DNA from: Delftia acidovorans NBRC 14950
Lineage (GTDB): Bacteria > Pseudomonadota > Gammaproteobacteria > Burkholderiales > Burkholderiaceae_C
NCBI RefSeq assembly: GCF_001598795.1
Contig: NZ_BCZP01000002.1
Coordinates: 60,001 to 92,000, forward strand
Direction of reading: 5' to 3'
DNA: 32,000 nt
In this document: positions 7,920 to 16,962 of the stretch, piece by piece
How positions within the stretch are numbered: the first letter of the stretch is position 1
Layout: every line of letters starts with the position of its first letter
Position numbers and translations under genes: made by a program
The notes under the pieces: generated by a model
Told to the model about the DNA's origin: nothing
Databases searched by the model: none
The model's input: the letters and a program-made list of their open reading frames with translations, nothing else

Positions 7920-8963
7920 TCAGCCCGGGAAGTTGTCCGGTATCTTGGCCTTGGCGCGGGCTTCCGCCGGGCTGATCAGGTTGCGCCGCACCAGATCGGT
8001 CAGGTTCTGGTCCAGCGTCTGCATGCCCACATTCTGACTCGTCTGGATGGTGGAGTACATCTGGGCGACCTTGGCCTCGCGGATCAGGTTGCGGATGGCG
8101 CTGGTGCCCAGCATGATTTCGTGGGCCGCGATGCGGCCCTGGCCGTCCTTGGTCTTGCACAGCGTCTGCGAGATCACGGCCTGCAGCGATTCGGAGAGCA
8201 TGGCGCGCACCATCTCCTTTTCCTCGGCGGGGAAGACGTCGATGATGCGGTCGATGGTCTTGGCGGCGCTGGAGGTGTGCAGGGTGCCGAAGACCAGGTG
8301 GCCCGTCTCGGCCGCCGTCATGGCCAGGCGGATGGTTTCCAGGTCACGCATTTCGCCCACCAGGATGGCGTCCGGGTCCTCGCGCAGCGCCGAGCGCAGG
8401 GCGGCCGAGAACGACTGCGTCATCGGCCCGACTTCACGCTGGTTGATCAGGCACTTCTTGGAGTCGTGCACGAATTCGATGGGGTCCTCCACCGTCAGGA
8501 TGTGCCCGTACTCGGTCTCGTTGAGGTGGTTGACCATGCCGGCCAGCGTGGTGGACTTGCCCGAGCCCGTGGGGCCTGTCACCAGCACCAGGCCGCGCGG
8601 CTTCAGGGCCAGGTCGCCGAAGATGCGCGGCGCGTTGAGCTGCTCCAGCGTCAGGATCTTGCTGGGAATGGTCCGGAAGACGGCGGCCGCGCCCCGGTAC
8701 TGGTTGAAGGCGTTGACACGGAAGCGTGCCAGGCCCTCGATCTCGAACGAGAAGTCCACCTCCAGGAACTCCTCGTAGGCCTTGCGCTGGGAGTCGCTCA
8801 TGATGTCGTAGACCATGGCGTGGACGGTCTTGTGGTCCAGCGGATCGACATTGATGCGGCGCACATCGCCGTGCACACGGATCATCGGCGGCAGCCCCGC
8901 GGACAGGTGCAGGTCGGAGGCCTTGTTCTTGACGCTGAATGCCAGCAATTGGGTGATGTCCAC
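7920..8963 (-). CDS. pilT: Type IV pilus twitching-motility ATPase PilT
   Basis: GTG at 8963 gives the canonical PilT N-terminus (M)DITQLLAFSVKNKASDLHL, with GAGGGAG 8 nt upstream. Walker A is GPTGSGKSTT. The ORF-track start at 9020 would overlap yggS and adds non-homologous residues. Confidence 0.9.
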   Translation of the reverse strand: MDITQLLAFSVKNKASDLHLSAGLPPMIRVHGDVRRINVDPLDHKTVHAMVYDIMSDSQRKAYEEFLEVDFSFEIEGLARFRVNAFNQYRGAAAVFRTIPSKILTLEQLNAPRIFGDLALKPRGLVLVTGPTGSGKSTTLAGMVNHLNETEYGHILTVEDPIEFVHDSKKCLINQREVGPMTQSFSAALRSALREDPDAILVGEMRDLETIRLAMTAAETGHLVFGTLHTSSAAKTIDRIIDVFPAEEKEMVRAMLSESLQAVISQTLCKTKDGQGRIAAHEIMLGTSAIRNLIREAKVAQMYSTIQTSQNVGMQTLDQNLTDLVRRNLISPAEARAKAKIPDNFPG

Positions 8964-9000
8964 GGAGTTCGCTCCCTCGTTTGGTACGCTGGCGGCAATT

Positions 9001-9726
9001 ATGACGACGATTGAAAACAAGCTTCAACAGATTCACGAACGGATTGCCTCGGCCTGCGCGCAGGCGGGCAGGGCGTCCGGCTCGGTGCAATTGCTGTCCG
9101 TCTCCAAGACCTTCGGCGCCGACGCCGTGCGCGAGGCCGTGCTGGCCGGCGAGCGCAGCTTCGGCGAGAACTACATCCAGGAGGGCGTGGACAAGATCGC
9201 CGCCGTGCGCGCCATGGGCCTGCCGGGCGGCGAGGCCCTGCAATGGCATTGCATAGGCCCCATCCAGAGCAACAAGACGCGCCTGGTGGCCGAGCATTTC
9301 GACTGGGCCCAGACCGTGGACCGCCTGAAGATCGCCGAGCGCCTGTCGGCCCAGCGCCCCGAGGGCCTGGCGCCGCTGCAGGTCTGTATCCAGCTGAACG
9401 TGGATGGCGGCGAGACCAAGGCCGGCGTGGCACCGCAGCAGGCGCTGGAACTGGCCGCCGCCATCGTGCAGCTGCCGCGCCTGGCGCTGCGCGGCGTGAT
9501 GAGCATTCCCGACGATGCGCCGGGCTTCGAGGCCCAGCGCGAGGTGCATGCCCGCGCCACCGCCGTCTTCGAACAGATCCGCGCCAGCGGCCTGCCGGGG
9601 CTGGAGCGCTTCGACACGGTATCCATGGGAATGACCGGCGACCTGGAAGCGGCCGTGGCCGCCGGATCGACCATGGTGCGCGTGGGCAGCGGTATCTTTG
9701 GCCAACGCAACTACGCCCCGCGCTGA
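9001..9726 (+). CDS. yggS: YggS-family pyridoxal-phosphate homeostasis protein
   Basis: ATG 9001 gives MTTIENKLQQIHERIASAC...LLSVSKTFGADAVREA...FGENYIQEG...WHCIGPIQSNK, which are typical YggS motifs. It is divergent from pilT, as in Pseudomonas. Confidence 0.9.
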   Translation: MTTIENKLQQIHERIASACAQAGRASGSVQLLSVSKTFGADAVREAVLAGERSFGENYIQEGVDKIAAVRAMGLPGGEALQWHCIGPIQSNKTRLVAEHFDWAQTVDRLKIAERLSAQRPEGLAPLQVCIQLNVDGGETKAGVAPQQALELAAAIVQLPRLALRGVMSIPDDAPGFEAQREVHARATAVFEQIRASGLPGLERFDTVSMGMTGDLEAAVAAGSTMVRVGSGIFGQRNYAPR

Positions 9727-9764
9727 GCGGGGCGTAGCTGGCTTGGCTGGCGGGGCAGGCCGCC

Positions 9765-11048
9765 TCAGCGCCCGCCGGGCCGCTTCATCTGGCAGTCCGT
9801 GGGCAATTCCACCTGCTCGGGCGTGTAGACGGCATCGGTGCGAAAGCCGTAGTTCGTGCCTTCCCAACCGGTCTTGACCAGCTTGCCGTCCACGGGCGCG
9901 ATGGTGTTGACCACCTGGGGCAGCAGCAGCTGGTGGTCCTTGCCGCGCATGCGCACGGGGCCGACCACGGTGTCCATCTGCAAATCCTCCATGGCCAGCG
10001 CGATCTTCACGGGTTCGGTGGACTGTGCCTTGGCCATGGCGGCGGCCAGCATGCGCGGCACCAGGTCCATGCGCGGGGCCAGGAAGTCCTTGCCCATGCG
10101 GGCCTTGTATTCCTGGGCGCGGGCATCGGCCAGTGGGCGGCCGGTCTGGCCCGGGTGCCATTCGGCCACCCAGGTCAGCTGGCCGATGCGGGTCTGGGCG
10201 AAGGATGTCACCGTGCCCGGCATGCCGCCCGCGCTGTGGTTGAAGTAGCGCAGGTCATAGCCCGAGTCGGCGGCTGACTTGAGCAGCAGGGTCAGGTCCT
10301 GGCCCCAGTTGCCCGTGATCACCGAGTCCGCACCCGTTTCCTTGATCTTGGCCACATAGGGCGCGAAGTCCTTGACCCGGCCTATGGGGTGGAGCATCTC
10401 GCCCGTGAACTGGATGTCAGGCCGGGCCGCGCTCACCATCTGGCGCCCGTAGGCCGCCCACTGCTTGCCGTGGGCGTAGTCCTGGTTGAGCAGGTAGACC
10501 TTGCGGATGCCCGGCTGGGTCTTGATGTAGCTGGCAATCGCCTGCATGCGCATGGCGGTGTTGGCATCGAACATGAAATGCCAGAAGCTGCAGGCCTTGC
10601 CCGTCAGCTCGGGGTCGATGGAGGAGTGGTTGAGCACCAGCACCTCCTTGCCCGGATTGCGCTGGTTGTGGCGCGATGCCGCCTGCACCAGCGCCGCCAC
10701 CACCGAAGAGCCCGAACCTCCCGTCACCACCACGCGCGCGCCCTGGTCGATGGCCGCCTGCAGCGCGGCCTGGCTCTCCTGGGCCGAGAGCTTGCTGTCG
10801 AACTGCAGCAGCTGCAGCTTCGCGCCGTTGAACAGCCCGCCCTTGGCGTTCACATCCTCGACCGCGTACTGCACGTGGTCGCGCATCAGCTCGCCCGTGC
10901 TGACGAAGGGGCCGGACAGCGGATCGATGAAGGCGATCTTGAAGGTCTCGCCGCCCTGGGCGTGGGCGGCCGTGCTGCACAGCAGGGCGGCGGCGAGAAC
11001 GATGGATGGTTGGGAATATCGTCGGATGCAATGGCGGCGGATCGGCAT
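9765..11048 (-). CDS. ABC-transporter periplasmic substrate-binding protein, LivJ/LivK (branched-chain amino acid-type) family
   Basis: ATG 11048 is preceded by GAGGAGA. The signal peptide ends ...STAAHAQG, followed by FKIAFIDPLSGPF...VNAKGG...VVTGGSGSSV, typical of Peripla_BP_6-type binders. The ORF-track 605-aa form is an unsupported N-terminal extension through the TetR gene. Confidence 0.85.
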   Translation of the reverse strand: MPIRRHCIRRYSQPSIVLAAALLCSTAAHAQGGETFKIAFIDPLSGPFVSTGELMRDHVQYAVEDVNAKGGLFNGAKLQLLQFDSKLSAQESQAALQAAIDQGARVVVTGGSGSSVVAALVQAASRHNQRNPGKEVLVLNHSSIDPELTGKACSFWHFMFDANTAMRMQAIASYIKTQPGIRKVYLLNQDYAHGKQWAAYGRQMVSAARPDIQFTGEMLHPIGRVKDFAPYVAKIKETGADSVITGNWGQDLTLLLKSAADSGYDLRYFNHSAGGMPGTVTSFAQTRIGQLTWVAEWHPGQTGRPLADARAQEYKARMGKDFLAPRMDLVPRMLAAAMAKAQSTEPVKIALAMEDLQMDTVVGPVRMRGKDHQLLLPQVVNTIAPVDGKLVKTGWEGTNYGFRTDAVYTPEQVELPTDCQMKRPGGR

Positions 11049-11074
11049 GTCTTGTCTCCTCGAAGGAATGGTCG

Positions 11075-11797
11075 TCAGTCCTTGCCGGGCGGCTCGGCTC
11101 GGGGCCGGCTGCGCCGTGCAGGCGTCTTTTTCGCGGGGGATGCGGCAATGGCTTCGGGCGCGGTGGCTGGCGCCGCCCGCAGGCCCAGCACGCGGCTGGC
11201 CAGCTCGGTCAGCTCGGCCACCATCTCGGCCGTGCCCAGGCGACCGCCGGGGCGGTACCAGTTGTAGAGAAAGCCCGGCAGGCTGCAGGCGGCCTGGGCG
11301 GTGATGCGTGTCTCGCGGAAATCGAGATGGCCGCTGGCGCGGCCTTCTTCGAGCAGCGCGCAGAACTGGCGGTAGAACTGGCGCGCCAGCGTGCGCGAGG
11401 CCTTCATGTACGCAGGGCTGAAGGCCTGGGGCTCGCGGTAGGGAAAGAAGGCCGCCGGATAGTGGGCAATGGTGGCCGCGATCAGGCGCTGCAGGCCGTC
11501 CACGGCCTTCTCGTGCGCGGCGCGCGCATCGTCGGCCGCGAAGTCCAGCACCGTGAAACAGGCCTCGGTGGGCGCCCAGCACAGGGTCTCGAAGATCTCC
11601 TGCTTGTTGCGGAAGTAGTAGTAGACGAAGGGCTTGGTTACGCCCAGGGCCTGGACGATCTGCTCCATCGTGGTGTTGGCGTAGCCGTTGCGGTCGAACA
11701 GGGCCTCGGCCGCCTTGAGGATGCGTTCGCGCTTTTCATCGGAGCCGGCCGTGGGAAGGCGCTGGCGGCCGCGCGGGGTGACAGGGGGCTTGGGCAT
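11075..11797 (-). CDS. TetR/AcrR-family transcriptional regulator
   Basis: The N-terminal HTH is RERILKAAEALFDRNGYANTTMEQIVQALGVTKPFVYYYFRNKQEIF. It lies 26 nt upstream of, and on the same strand as, the binding-protein gene. Confidence 0.85.
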   Translation of the reverse strand: MPKPPVTPRGRQRLPTAGSDEKRERILKAAEALFDRNGYANTTMEQIVQALGVTKPFVYYYFRNKQEIFETLCWAPTEACFTVLDFAADDARAAHEKAVDGLQRLIAATIAHYPAAFFPYREPQAFSPAYMKASRTLARQFYRQFCALLEEGRASGHLDFRETRITAQAACSLPGFLYNWYRPGGRLGTAEMVAELTELASRVLGLRAAPATAPEAIAASPAKKTPARRSRPRAEPPGKD

Positions 11798-11834
11798 GCG
11801 GGAAATCTCGTGTCGCGTCGGTGGCTGCGATGGT

Positions 11835-11871
11835 TATACCGATGGGTAGCAATGTTCTACCAGCGGGTATA
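11835..11871. promoter_or_regulatory. Candidate TetR operator (nested palindrome) in the divergent promoter region
   Basis: TATACC-gatg-GGTAG-N7-CTACC-agcg-GGTATA is exactly symmetric about nt 11853, with 11 matched bp per half. It lies between the TetR start (11797) and the acyl-CoA synthetase start (11957). Confidence 0.35.
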
Positions 11872-11956
11872 TATTGGCAAGCCGCTGGACCCCAAAACAA
11901 ATCAAGGCTATCCCTTAGGACTGGTTCCGGGGTGGCCAGACACCCAGGAGACAAGC

Positions 11957-13552
11957 ATGGCGGATTCCGAGACCCTCATTCCCCTGCATGAGGCCCTGCG
12001 CCGCAATGCGCGCAACCACCCCGGCCGCGACGCCTACATCTGGTATGGCCGCCACATCAGCTGGGCCGAGGTGGATGCGGCCAGCGACGCCTTTGCCGCG
12101 CGGCTGCAGGCTCTGGGCGTGGGCCGGGGCGAGCCCGTGGCGCTGTTCATGAACAACTGCCCGCAGTACATCGTGGCGCACTACGGCATCCAGAAGGTCG
12201 GCGCCATCGTCTGCCCCTGCGGGCCGCTGAACAAGGAGCATGAGCTGCAGTACCAGCTCGATGACCTCAAGGCCCGCGTCATCGTCGCGGCCGATGTGCT
12301 GCTGCCCGTGGTGGACAAGGTGCGCGCCAGCACGGCGCTCAGGCATGTGCTGGCTGTGCGTTATGGCGACTGGCTTCCTGAATCGGCCACGCTGGCGCTG
12401 CCGCCCGAACTGCAGGCCCCCGTGCAGCCGCTGCCCGAGGGCGTGGAATCGTTCTGGGATGTCATGCACAGCGGCGCCAAGCCCGTGCCCGTCGATGTCG
12501 CCATGGACGATGTCTCGCTGATGACCTATACCTCGGGCACCACGGGCCTGCCCAAGGGCGCCATGCTCAGCTACGGCAACGCGGCCAGCAAGACGGCCGG
12601 CGCCTCCAGCGCCACGGGCGTGAACGCCGGGGACATGCTGCTGGCCGTGGCGCCGCTCTATCACATTGCCGGCATGTCCATGGGCGTGAACATGCCCGTG
12701 CACAGCGGCGCCACCTGCGTGCTGCTGCACCGCTTCGACCCGCTGGCCGTGGCCCAGGCCCTGGAGCGCTACCGCGTGACCTGGTGGTACAGCATCGCGC
12801 CCATGAACGTGGCCCTGATGCAGCTGCCGGGCGTGGAGGCCATGGACTTTTCCGCGCTGCGCCGCAACACGGTGACCAGCTTCGGCATTGCCTACACCGA
12901 GGAGCTGGCGCGGCAGTGGAAGCGCTTCACCCCGAACTGCATCTCCAGCGAGGCGGCCTATGGCCTGAGCGAGACCCACACCATGGACACCTCCATGCCG
13001 GGCGACGCCATCCGCTGGGGCACGCACGGCAAGCCGCTGCCCGGCAACGAGGTGCGCATCATCGACCCCGAGGCCGGCGAGCCGCTGCCGGCCGGCGAAG
13101 TGGGCGAGATCACCATCCGCGGCCCTGGCAACTTCAAGGGCTACTGGAACAAGCCCGAGGCCACGGCCAGAACCCTGAAGAACGGCTGGGTCCACACGGG
13201 CGACATGGGCCGCATCGACGCCGATGGCTACCTGACCTTCATCGGCCGCTTCAAGGAAATGATCAAGGTCTCGGGCTACAGCGTCTTCCCCGAGGAGGTG
13301 GAGGCCATCCTCATCAAGCACCCGGCCGTGGCCCAGGCCGCCGTGATCGGTGTGCCCGACCCGCACAAGGGCGAGGTCGTGCGCGCCTTCATCGTCACGC
13401 GGCCGGGCCAGCAGATCGCGGCCGAGGACCTGGTGCAGTGGTCGCGCGAGAACATGGCCAGCTACAAGGCGCCGCGCGAGGTGCGTTTCATCGAGGCGCT
13501 GCCCGCCACCGGCGCAGGCAAGGTGCTGCGTCGCTTGCTGCGCGATCAATGA
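11957..13552 (+). CDS. AMP-dependent acyl-CoA synthetase/ligase
   Basis: ATG 11957 is preceded by AGGAGA. It has the AMP-binding P-loop MTYTSGTTGLPKGA, YGLSET, and GDMGRIDADGYLTFIGRFKEMIKVSGYSV. The ORF-track 848-aa form is an unsupported extension. Confidence 0.9.
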   Translation: MADSETLIPLHEALRRNARNHPGRDAYIWYGRHISWAEVDAASDAFAARLQALGVGRGEPVALFMNNCPQYIVAHYGIQKVGAIVCPCGPLNKEHELQYQLDDLKARVIVAADVLLPVVDKVRASTALRHVLAVRYGDWLPESATLALPPELQAPVQPLPEGVESFWDVMHSGAKPVPVDVAMDDVSLMTYTSGTTGLPKGAMLSYGNAASKTAGASSATGVNAGDMLLAVAPLYHIAGMSMGVNMPVHSGATCVLLHRFDPLAVAQALERYRVTWWYSIAPMNVALMQLPGVEAMDFSALRRNTVTSFGIAYTEELARQWKRFTPNCISSEAAYGLSETHTMDTSMPGDAIRWGTHGKPLPGNEVRIIDPEAGEPLPAGEVGEITIRGPGNFKGYWNKPEATARTLKNGWVHTGDMGRIDADGYLTFIGRFKEMIKVSGYSVFPEEVEAILIKHPAVAQAAVIGVPDPHKGEVVRAFIVTRPGQQIAAEDLVQWSRENMASYKAPREVRFIEALPATGAGKVLRRLLRDQ

Positions 13553-13568
13553 GAAAGACCGAAGTCCC

Positions 13569-16500
13569 ATGTTCCAGAAGATCCTGATTGCCAACCGCGG
13601 CGAGATCGCGCTGCGCATCGTGCGCGCGCTGCGCGAGCTGGGTGTGCCGAGCCTGGCGGTCTTTGCCGCAGACGATGCGCAGGCGCCCCATGTATCCGCT
13701 GCCGATGCAGCCGTGCCCCTGGACGCCAGCGGCCCCTCGGCCTACCTGGACGGCGCCCACCTGCTGCGCATTGCGCGCGAGCACGGCTGCGACGGCATCC
13801 ATCCGGGCTACGGCTTTCTGAGCGAGAACGCCGGCTTTGCCCAGGCCTGTGCCGATGCGGGACTGCGCTTCATCGGTCCCGCGCCGGAGCACCTGGCGCT
13901 GCTGGGCGACAAGGCCCGCGCACGCGATCTGGCACGCCGCTGCGGCGTGCCGCTGATGCCGGGCAGCAGCGAGGCTGTCACGCTGGAACAGGCCCAGGCC
14001 TTCTTCGAGGCGCAGCAGGCCGGGGGCGCCAGCGGCATCATGGTCAAGGCCATCGGCGGCGGCGGCGGGCGCGGCATGCGTGCCGTGGCGCGCGCCGAGG
14101 ACCTGCCTGCCGCCTACGAGCGCTGCCGCAGCGAGGCGCGCGCCGCCTTCGGCGTGGACGGCGTCTATGTGGAGCGGCTGATGACGGGCGCGCGCCATAT
14201 CGAGGTGCAGATCCTGGGCGACGGCGGCGCAGGCCCCATCGCGCTGGGCGAGCGTGAATGCACGCTGCAGCGGCGCTTCCAGAAGCTGGTCGAGATCGCG
14301 CCCAGCCCCAGCCTGGCGCAGCCGCTGCGCGAGCGCATCACGCGCGACGCGCTGCGCATGGCCGCCGAGATCGGCTACGAGAGCCTGGGCACCTTCGAAT
14401 TCCTGGTCGATGCCGCCTCCGACTCCCTGCCCTATGTCTTCATCGAGGCCAACCCGCGCCTGCAGGTCGAGCACACCATCACCGAGGAGGTCTTCGGCAT
14501 CGACCTGGTGCAGGCCCAGATCCGCATTGCTGCCGGCGATCACCTGGGCGAGCTGGGCCTGGATGCCAGGACACCGCCCGCGCCGCGCGGCTATGCCATG
14601 CAGTGGCGCATCAATGCCGAGACGCTGGATGCCGCAGGCCAGTCGCGCCCCGGCAGCGGGCGCATAGGCACACTGCAGTGGCCGGCCAGTCCCGGCATCC
14701 GCATCGACACGCATGCGGTGGCGGGCGCCAGCCCCTCGCCGCACTACGACACGCTGCTGGCCAAGCTCATCGTGCACAGCAGCGGGCCGCGCTTTGAAGA
14801 CGTGCTTCGCCGCGCACGTCGCGCACTGGACGAATGCCGCATCGACGGGCTGGCCACCAATCTGCCGCTGCTGCAGGCGCTGGCCCGGCGGCCCGAGATG
14901 GCGTCGCAGGCCGTGCACACACGCTGGCTTGAAGAGGCCCTTCCCGAATTGGTGGCGGACGCCCAGGCGCTGGCCGAAGGCGCGCGCCGCACGGCTGTAG
15001 CCGCCGAGGTTCCGGCGGCGGCCGAGGCTGCTGGCGCGCCCGTCCCCGAAGGCGCCCTCACGGCCCCCATGCCCGCGCGCATCGTGCAGTGGAGCGTGGC
15101 CGTGGGCGATCCCGTGGCCGCAGGCGCCGAGCTGGGCGTGCTCGAAGCCATGAAGATGGAGCATGTTCTGCTGGCGCCGCAGGCCGGCACCATCACCCAA
15201 CTGCTGGCTGAGTCCGGTGCCTATGTGGCCCAGGACCAGCCCCTGCTGGTGCTGGCCGCCGCCGAAGGCGTGCAGGCCGGCGCACGCGCGCAGCAGTCCG
15301 CACAGGACCCGGACCACATCCGCGCCGACCTGCAGCGCGTCATCGACCGCCATGCCTTCACGCGCGATGCTGCCCGGCCCGAGGCCATGGCCAAACGCCA
15401 TGCCCAGGGCGGCCGCAGCGCGCGCGAGAACATCGCCGACCTCTGCGACGCAGGCAGCTTCATCGAATACGGTGCGCTGGCCATTGCCGCGCAGACGCGC
15501 CGGCGCAGCATGGACGACCTGATCGCCAACACGCCGGCAGACGGCATGGTCACGGGCATGGGCTCCATCAACGGCGCGCAGTTCGGCCAGGAGCGCTCGC
15601 GCGCCGTCGTCATGTCCTATGACGCCACCGTGCTGGCCGGCACCCAGGGCGCGCGCAACCATGCCAAGACCGACCGCATGCTGGGCATTGCGCTGGCGCA
15701 GAAGCTGCCCGTGGTGCTGTTCGCCGAAGGCGGCGGCGGGCGGCCCGGTGACACCGACACGCCCGTGGTCGCGGGCCTGCATGTGCACACCTTCGCGGCC
15801 TATGCGGCGCTGTCGGGCCAGGTGCCGGTGATCGGCATTGCGCACGGCCGCTGCTTTGCGGGCAATGCAGCCCTGCTGGGCTGCAGCGACGTGATCATCG
15901 CCACGCGCGCCAGCTGCATCGGCATGGGCGGGCCGGCCATGATCGAGGGCGGCGGGCTGGGCGTCTTCCGGCCCGAGCAGATCGGTCCCAGCAGCGTGCA
16001 GCATGCCAATGGCGTGATCGACGTGCTGGTCGAGGACGAGGCCGAAGCCGTGGCCGCCGCGCGCCACTACCTGTCCTTCTTCCAGGGCCGCACCACGGAG
16101 TGGACCGCTCCCGACACGCGCGCCCTGCGCCATGTGGTGCCCGAGAACCGGCTGCGTGCCTATGACACCCGTGCGGCCATGACGCATCTGGTGGACGAAG
16201 GCAGCCTGCTGATGCTGCGCACGGGCTTTGGCGCAGGCATCCACACGGCGCTGGCGCGCATCGAAGGCCGGCCCGTGGGGCTCATGGCCAACAACCCCTC
16301 CCACCTGGGCGGCGCCATCGACGCCGATGCGGCCGACAAGGCCGCGCGCTTCATGCAGCTGTGCAACGCCCACGGACTGCCCCTCGTCAGCCTGGTGGAC
16401 ACGCCGGGCTTCATGGTCGGCCCCGAGATCGAGAAGACCGCCCAGGTGCGCCATGTCAGCCGCCTGTTCGTCACCGCCGCCAAGCTGCGCGTGCCCTGCT

Positions 16501-16862
16501 TCAGCGTGGTGCTGCGCAAGGGCTACGGCCTGGGGGCCATGGGCATGACGGCCGGCAGCTTCCATGCGCCGGTGTTCAACGTGGCCTGGCCCACGGGCGA
16601 GTTCGGTGCCATGGGTCTGGAAGGCGCCGTGCGCCTGGGCTTTCGCAAGGAACTGCAGGCCCTGCCCGAGGGCGCCGAACGCAACGCCCTGTTCGACCGC
16701 CTGCTGGCCCAGCAGTACGCGCATGGCGAGGCCATGCACATGGCCGGCACGCTGGAGATCGACGCCGTCATCGACCCCGCCGACACGCGCGCCTGGCTGT
16801 CGCGCGGCCTGGCAGGGGCGCGCGTTGCGCCTGCCCAAGCCGGCTTCGTGGACACCTGGTAG
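13569..16862 (+). CDS. Single-polypeptide acyl-CoA carboxylase (biotin carboxylase + BCCP + carboxyltransferase domains)
   Basis: ATG 13569 gives MFQKILIANRGEIALRIVRA, the canonical biotin-carboxylase N-terminus. An ATP-grasp region follows. The biotinyl motif is LEAMKMEHVL, with the Lys codon at 15153-15155. The C-terminal ~500 aa are acyl-CoA carboxyltransferase-like (...MVTGMGSINGA..., ...LPLVSLVDTPGFMVG...). Confidence 0.9.
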   Translation: MFQKILIANRGEIALRIVRALRELGVPSLAVFAADDAQAPHVSAADAAVPLDASGPSAYLDGAHLLRIAREHGCDGIHPGYGFLSENAGFAQACADAGLRFIGPAPEHLALLGDKARARDLARRCGVPLMPGSSEAVTLEQAQAFFEAQQAGGASGIMVKAIGGGGGRGMRAVARAEDLPAAYERCRSEARAAFGVDGVYVERLMTGARHIEVQILGDGGAGPIALGERECTLQRRFQKLVEIAPSPSLAQPLRERITRDALRMAAEIGYESLGTFEFLVDAASDSLPYVFIEANPRLQVEHTITEEVFGIDLVQAQIRIAAGDHLGELGLDARTPPAPRGYAMQWRINAETLDAAGQSRPGSGRIGTLQWPASPGIRIDTHAVAGASPSPHYDTLLAKLIVHSSGPRFEDVLRRARRALDECRIDGLATNLPLLQALARRPEMASQAVHTRWLEEALPELVADAQALAEGARRTAVAAEVPAAAEAAGAPVPEGALTAPMPARIVQWSVAVGDPVAAGAELGVLEAMKMEHVLLAPQAGTITQLLAESGAYVAQDQPLLVLAAAEGVQAGARAQQSAQDPDHIRADLQRVIDRHAFTRDAARPEAMAKRHAQGGRSARENIADLCDAGSFIEYGALAIAAQTRRRSMDDLIANTPADGMVTGMGSINGAQFGQERSRAVVMSYDATVLAGTQGARNHAKTDRMLGIALAQKLPVVLFAEGGGGRPGDTDTPVVAGLHVHTFAAYAALSGQVPVIGIAHGRCFAGNAALLGCSDVIIATRASCIGMGGPAMIEGGGLGVFRPEQIGPSSVQHANGVIDVLVEDEAEAVAAARHYLSFFQGRTTEWTAPDTRALRHVVPENRLRAYDTRAAMTHLVDEGSLLMLRTGFGAGIHTALARIEGRPVGLMANNPSHLGGAIDADAADKAARFMQLCNAHGLPLVSLVDTPGFMVGPEIEKTAQVRHVSRLFVTAAKLRVPCFSVVLRKGYGLGAMGMTAGSFHAPVFNVAWPTGEFGAMGLEGAVRLGFRKELQALPEGAERNALFDRLLAQQYAHGEAMHMAGTLEIDAVIDPADTRAWLSRGLAGARVAPAQAGFVDTW

Positions 16863-16962
16863 GCCCTGAAAACGCCACGGACGGCATGCTAAGCTGGCCG
16901 CCTTTCCGACGAACATGATGGCGGGCCTGCAGTGCAGGCCCCGCTGCCTCTGGAGACTCCCC

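Noticed and set aside
6690-8572. A 33-bp perfect direct repeat (cggccagcgtggtggacttgcccgagcccgtgg) at 6690-6722 and 8540-8572, flanking the cNMP-domain gene. I considered it as a mobile-element, DGR or recombination repeat.
   Set aside because: Both copies encode the Walker-A region (GxTGSGKSTTLA) of the paralogues pilU and pilT in the same frame. The identity is explained by paralogy plus biased codon use. It could still mediate rare deletion, but it is not an element boundary.
5890-10161. Long ORFs antisense to pilU (5890-7290 +) and pilT (7731-9014 +), and a 575-aa ORF (8434-10161 -) bridging pilT, yggS and the binding protein.
   Set aside because: They are antisense or out of frame relative to pilU, pilT, yggS and the binding-protein gene, all of which carry canonical motifs. 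Their composition is typical of non-coding frames in GC-rich DNA.
9765-16862. N-terminal extensions suggested by the ORF track: 605 aa for the binding protein, 848 aa for the CoA ligase, 1170 aa for the carboxylase. The same issue affects 8815 for yggS, 9020 for pilT, 638 for yegD and 21276 for hmp.
   Set aside because: The extensions overlap neighbouring genes and carry no homology. In each case an internal start gives the canonical family N-terminus. Most of these internal starts also have a good Shine-Dalgarno sequence (pilT, the binding protein, the CoA ligase and hmp).
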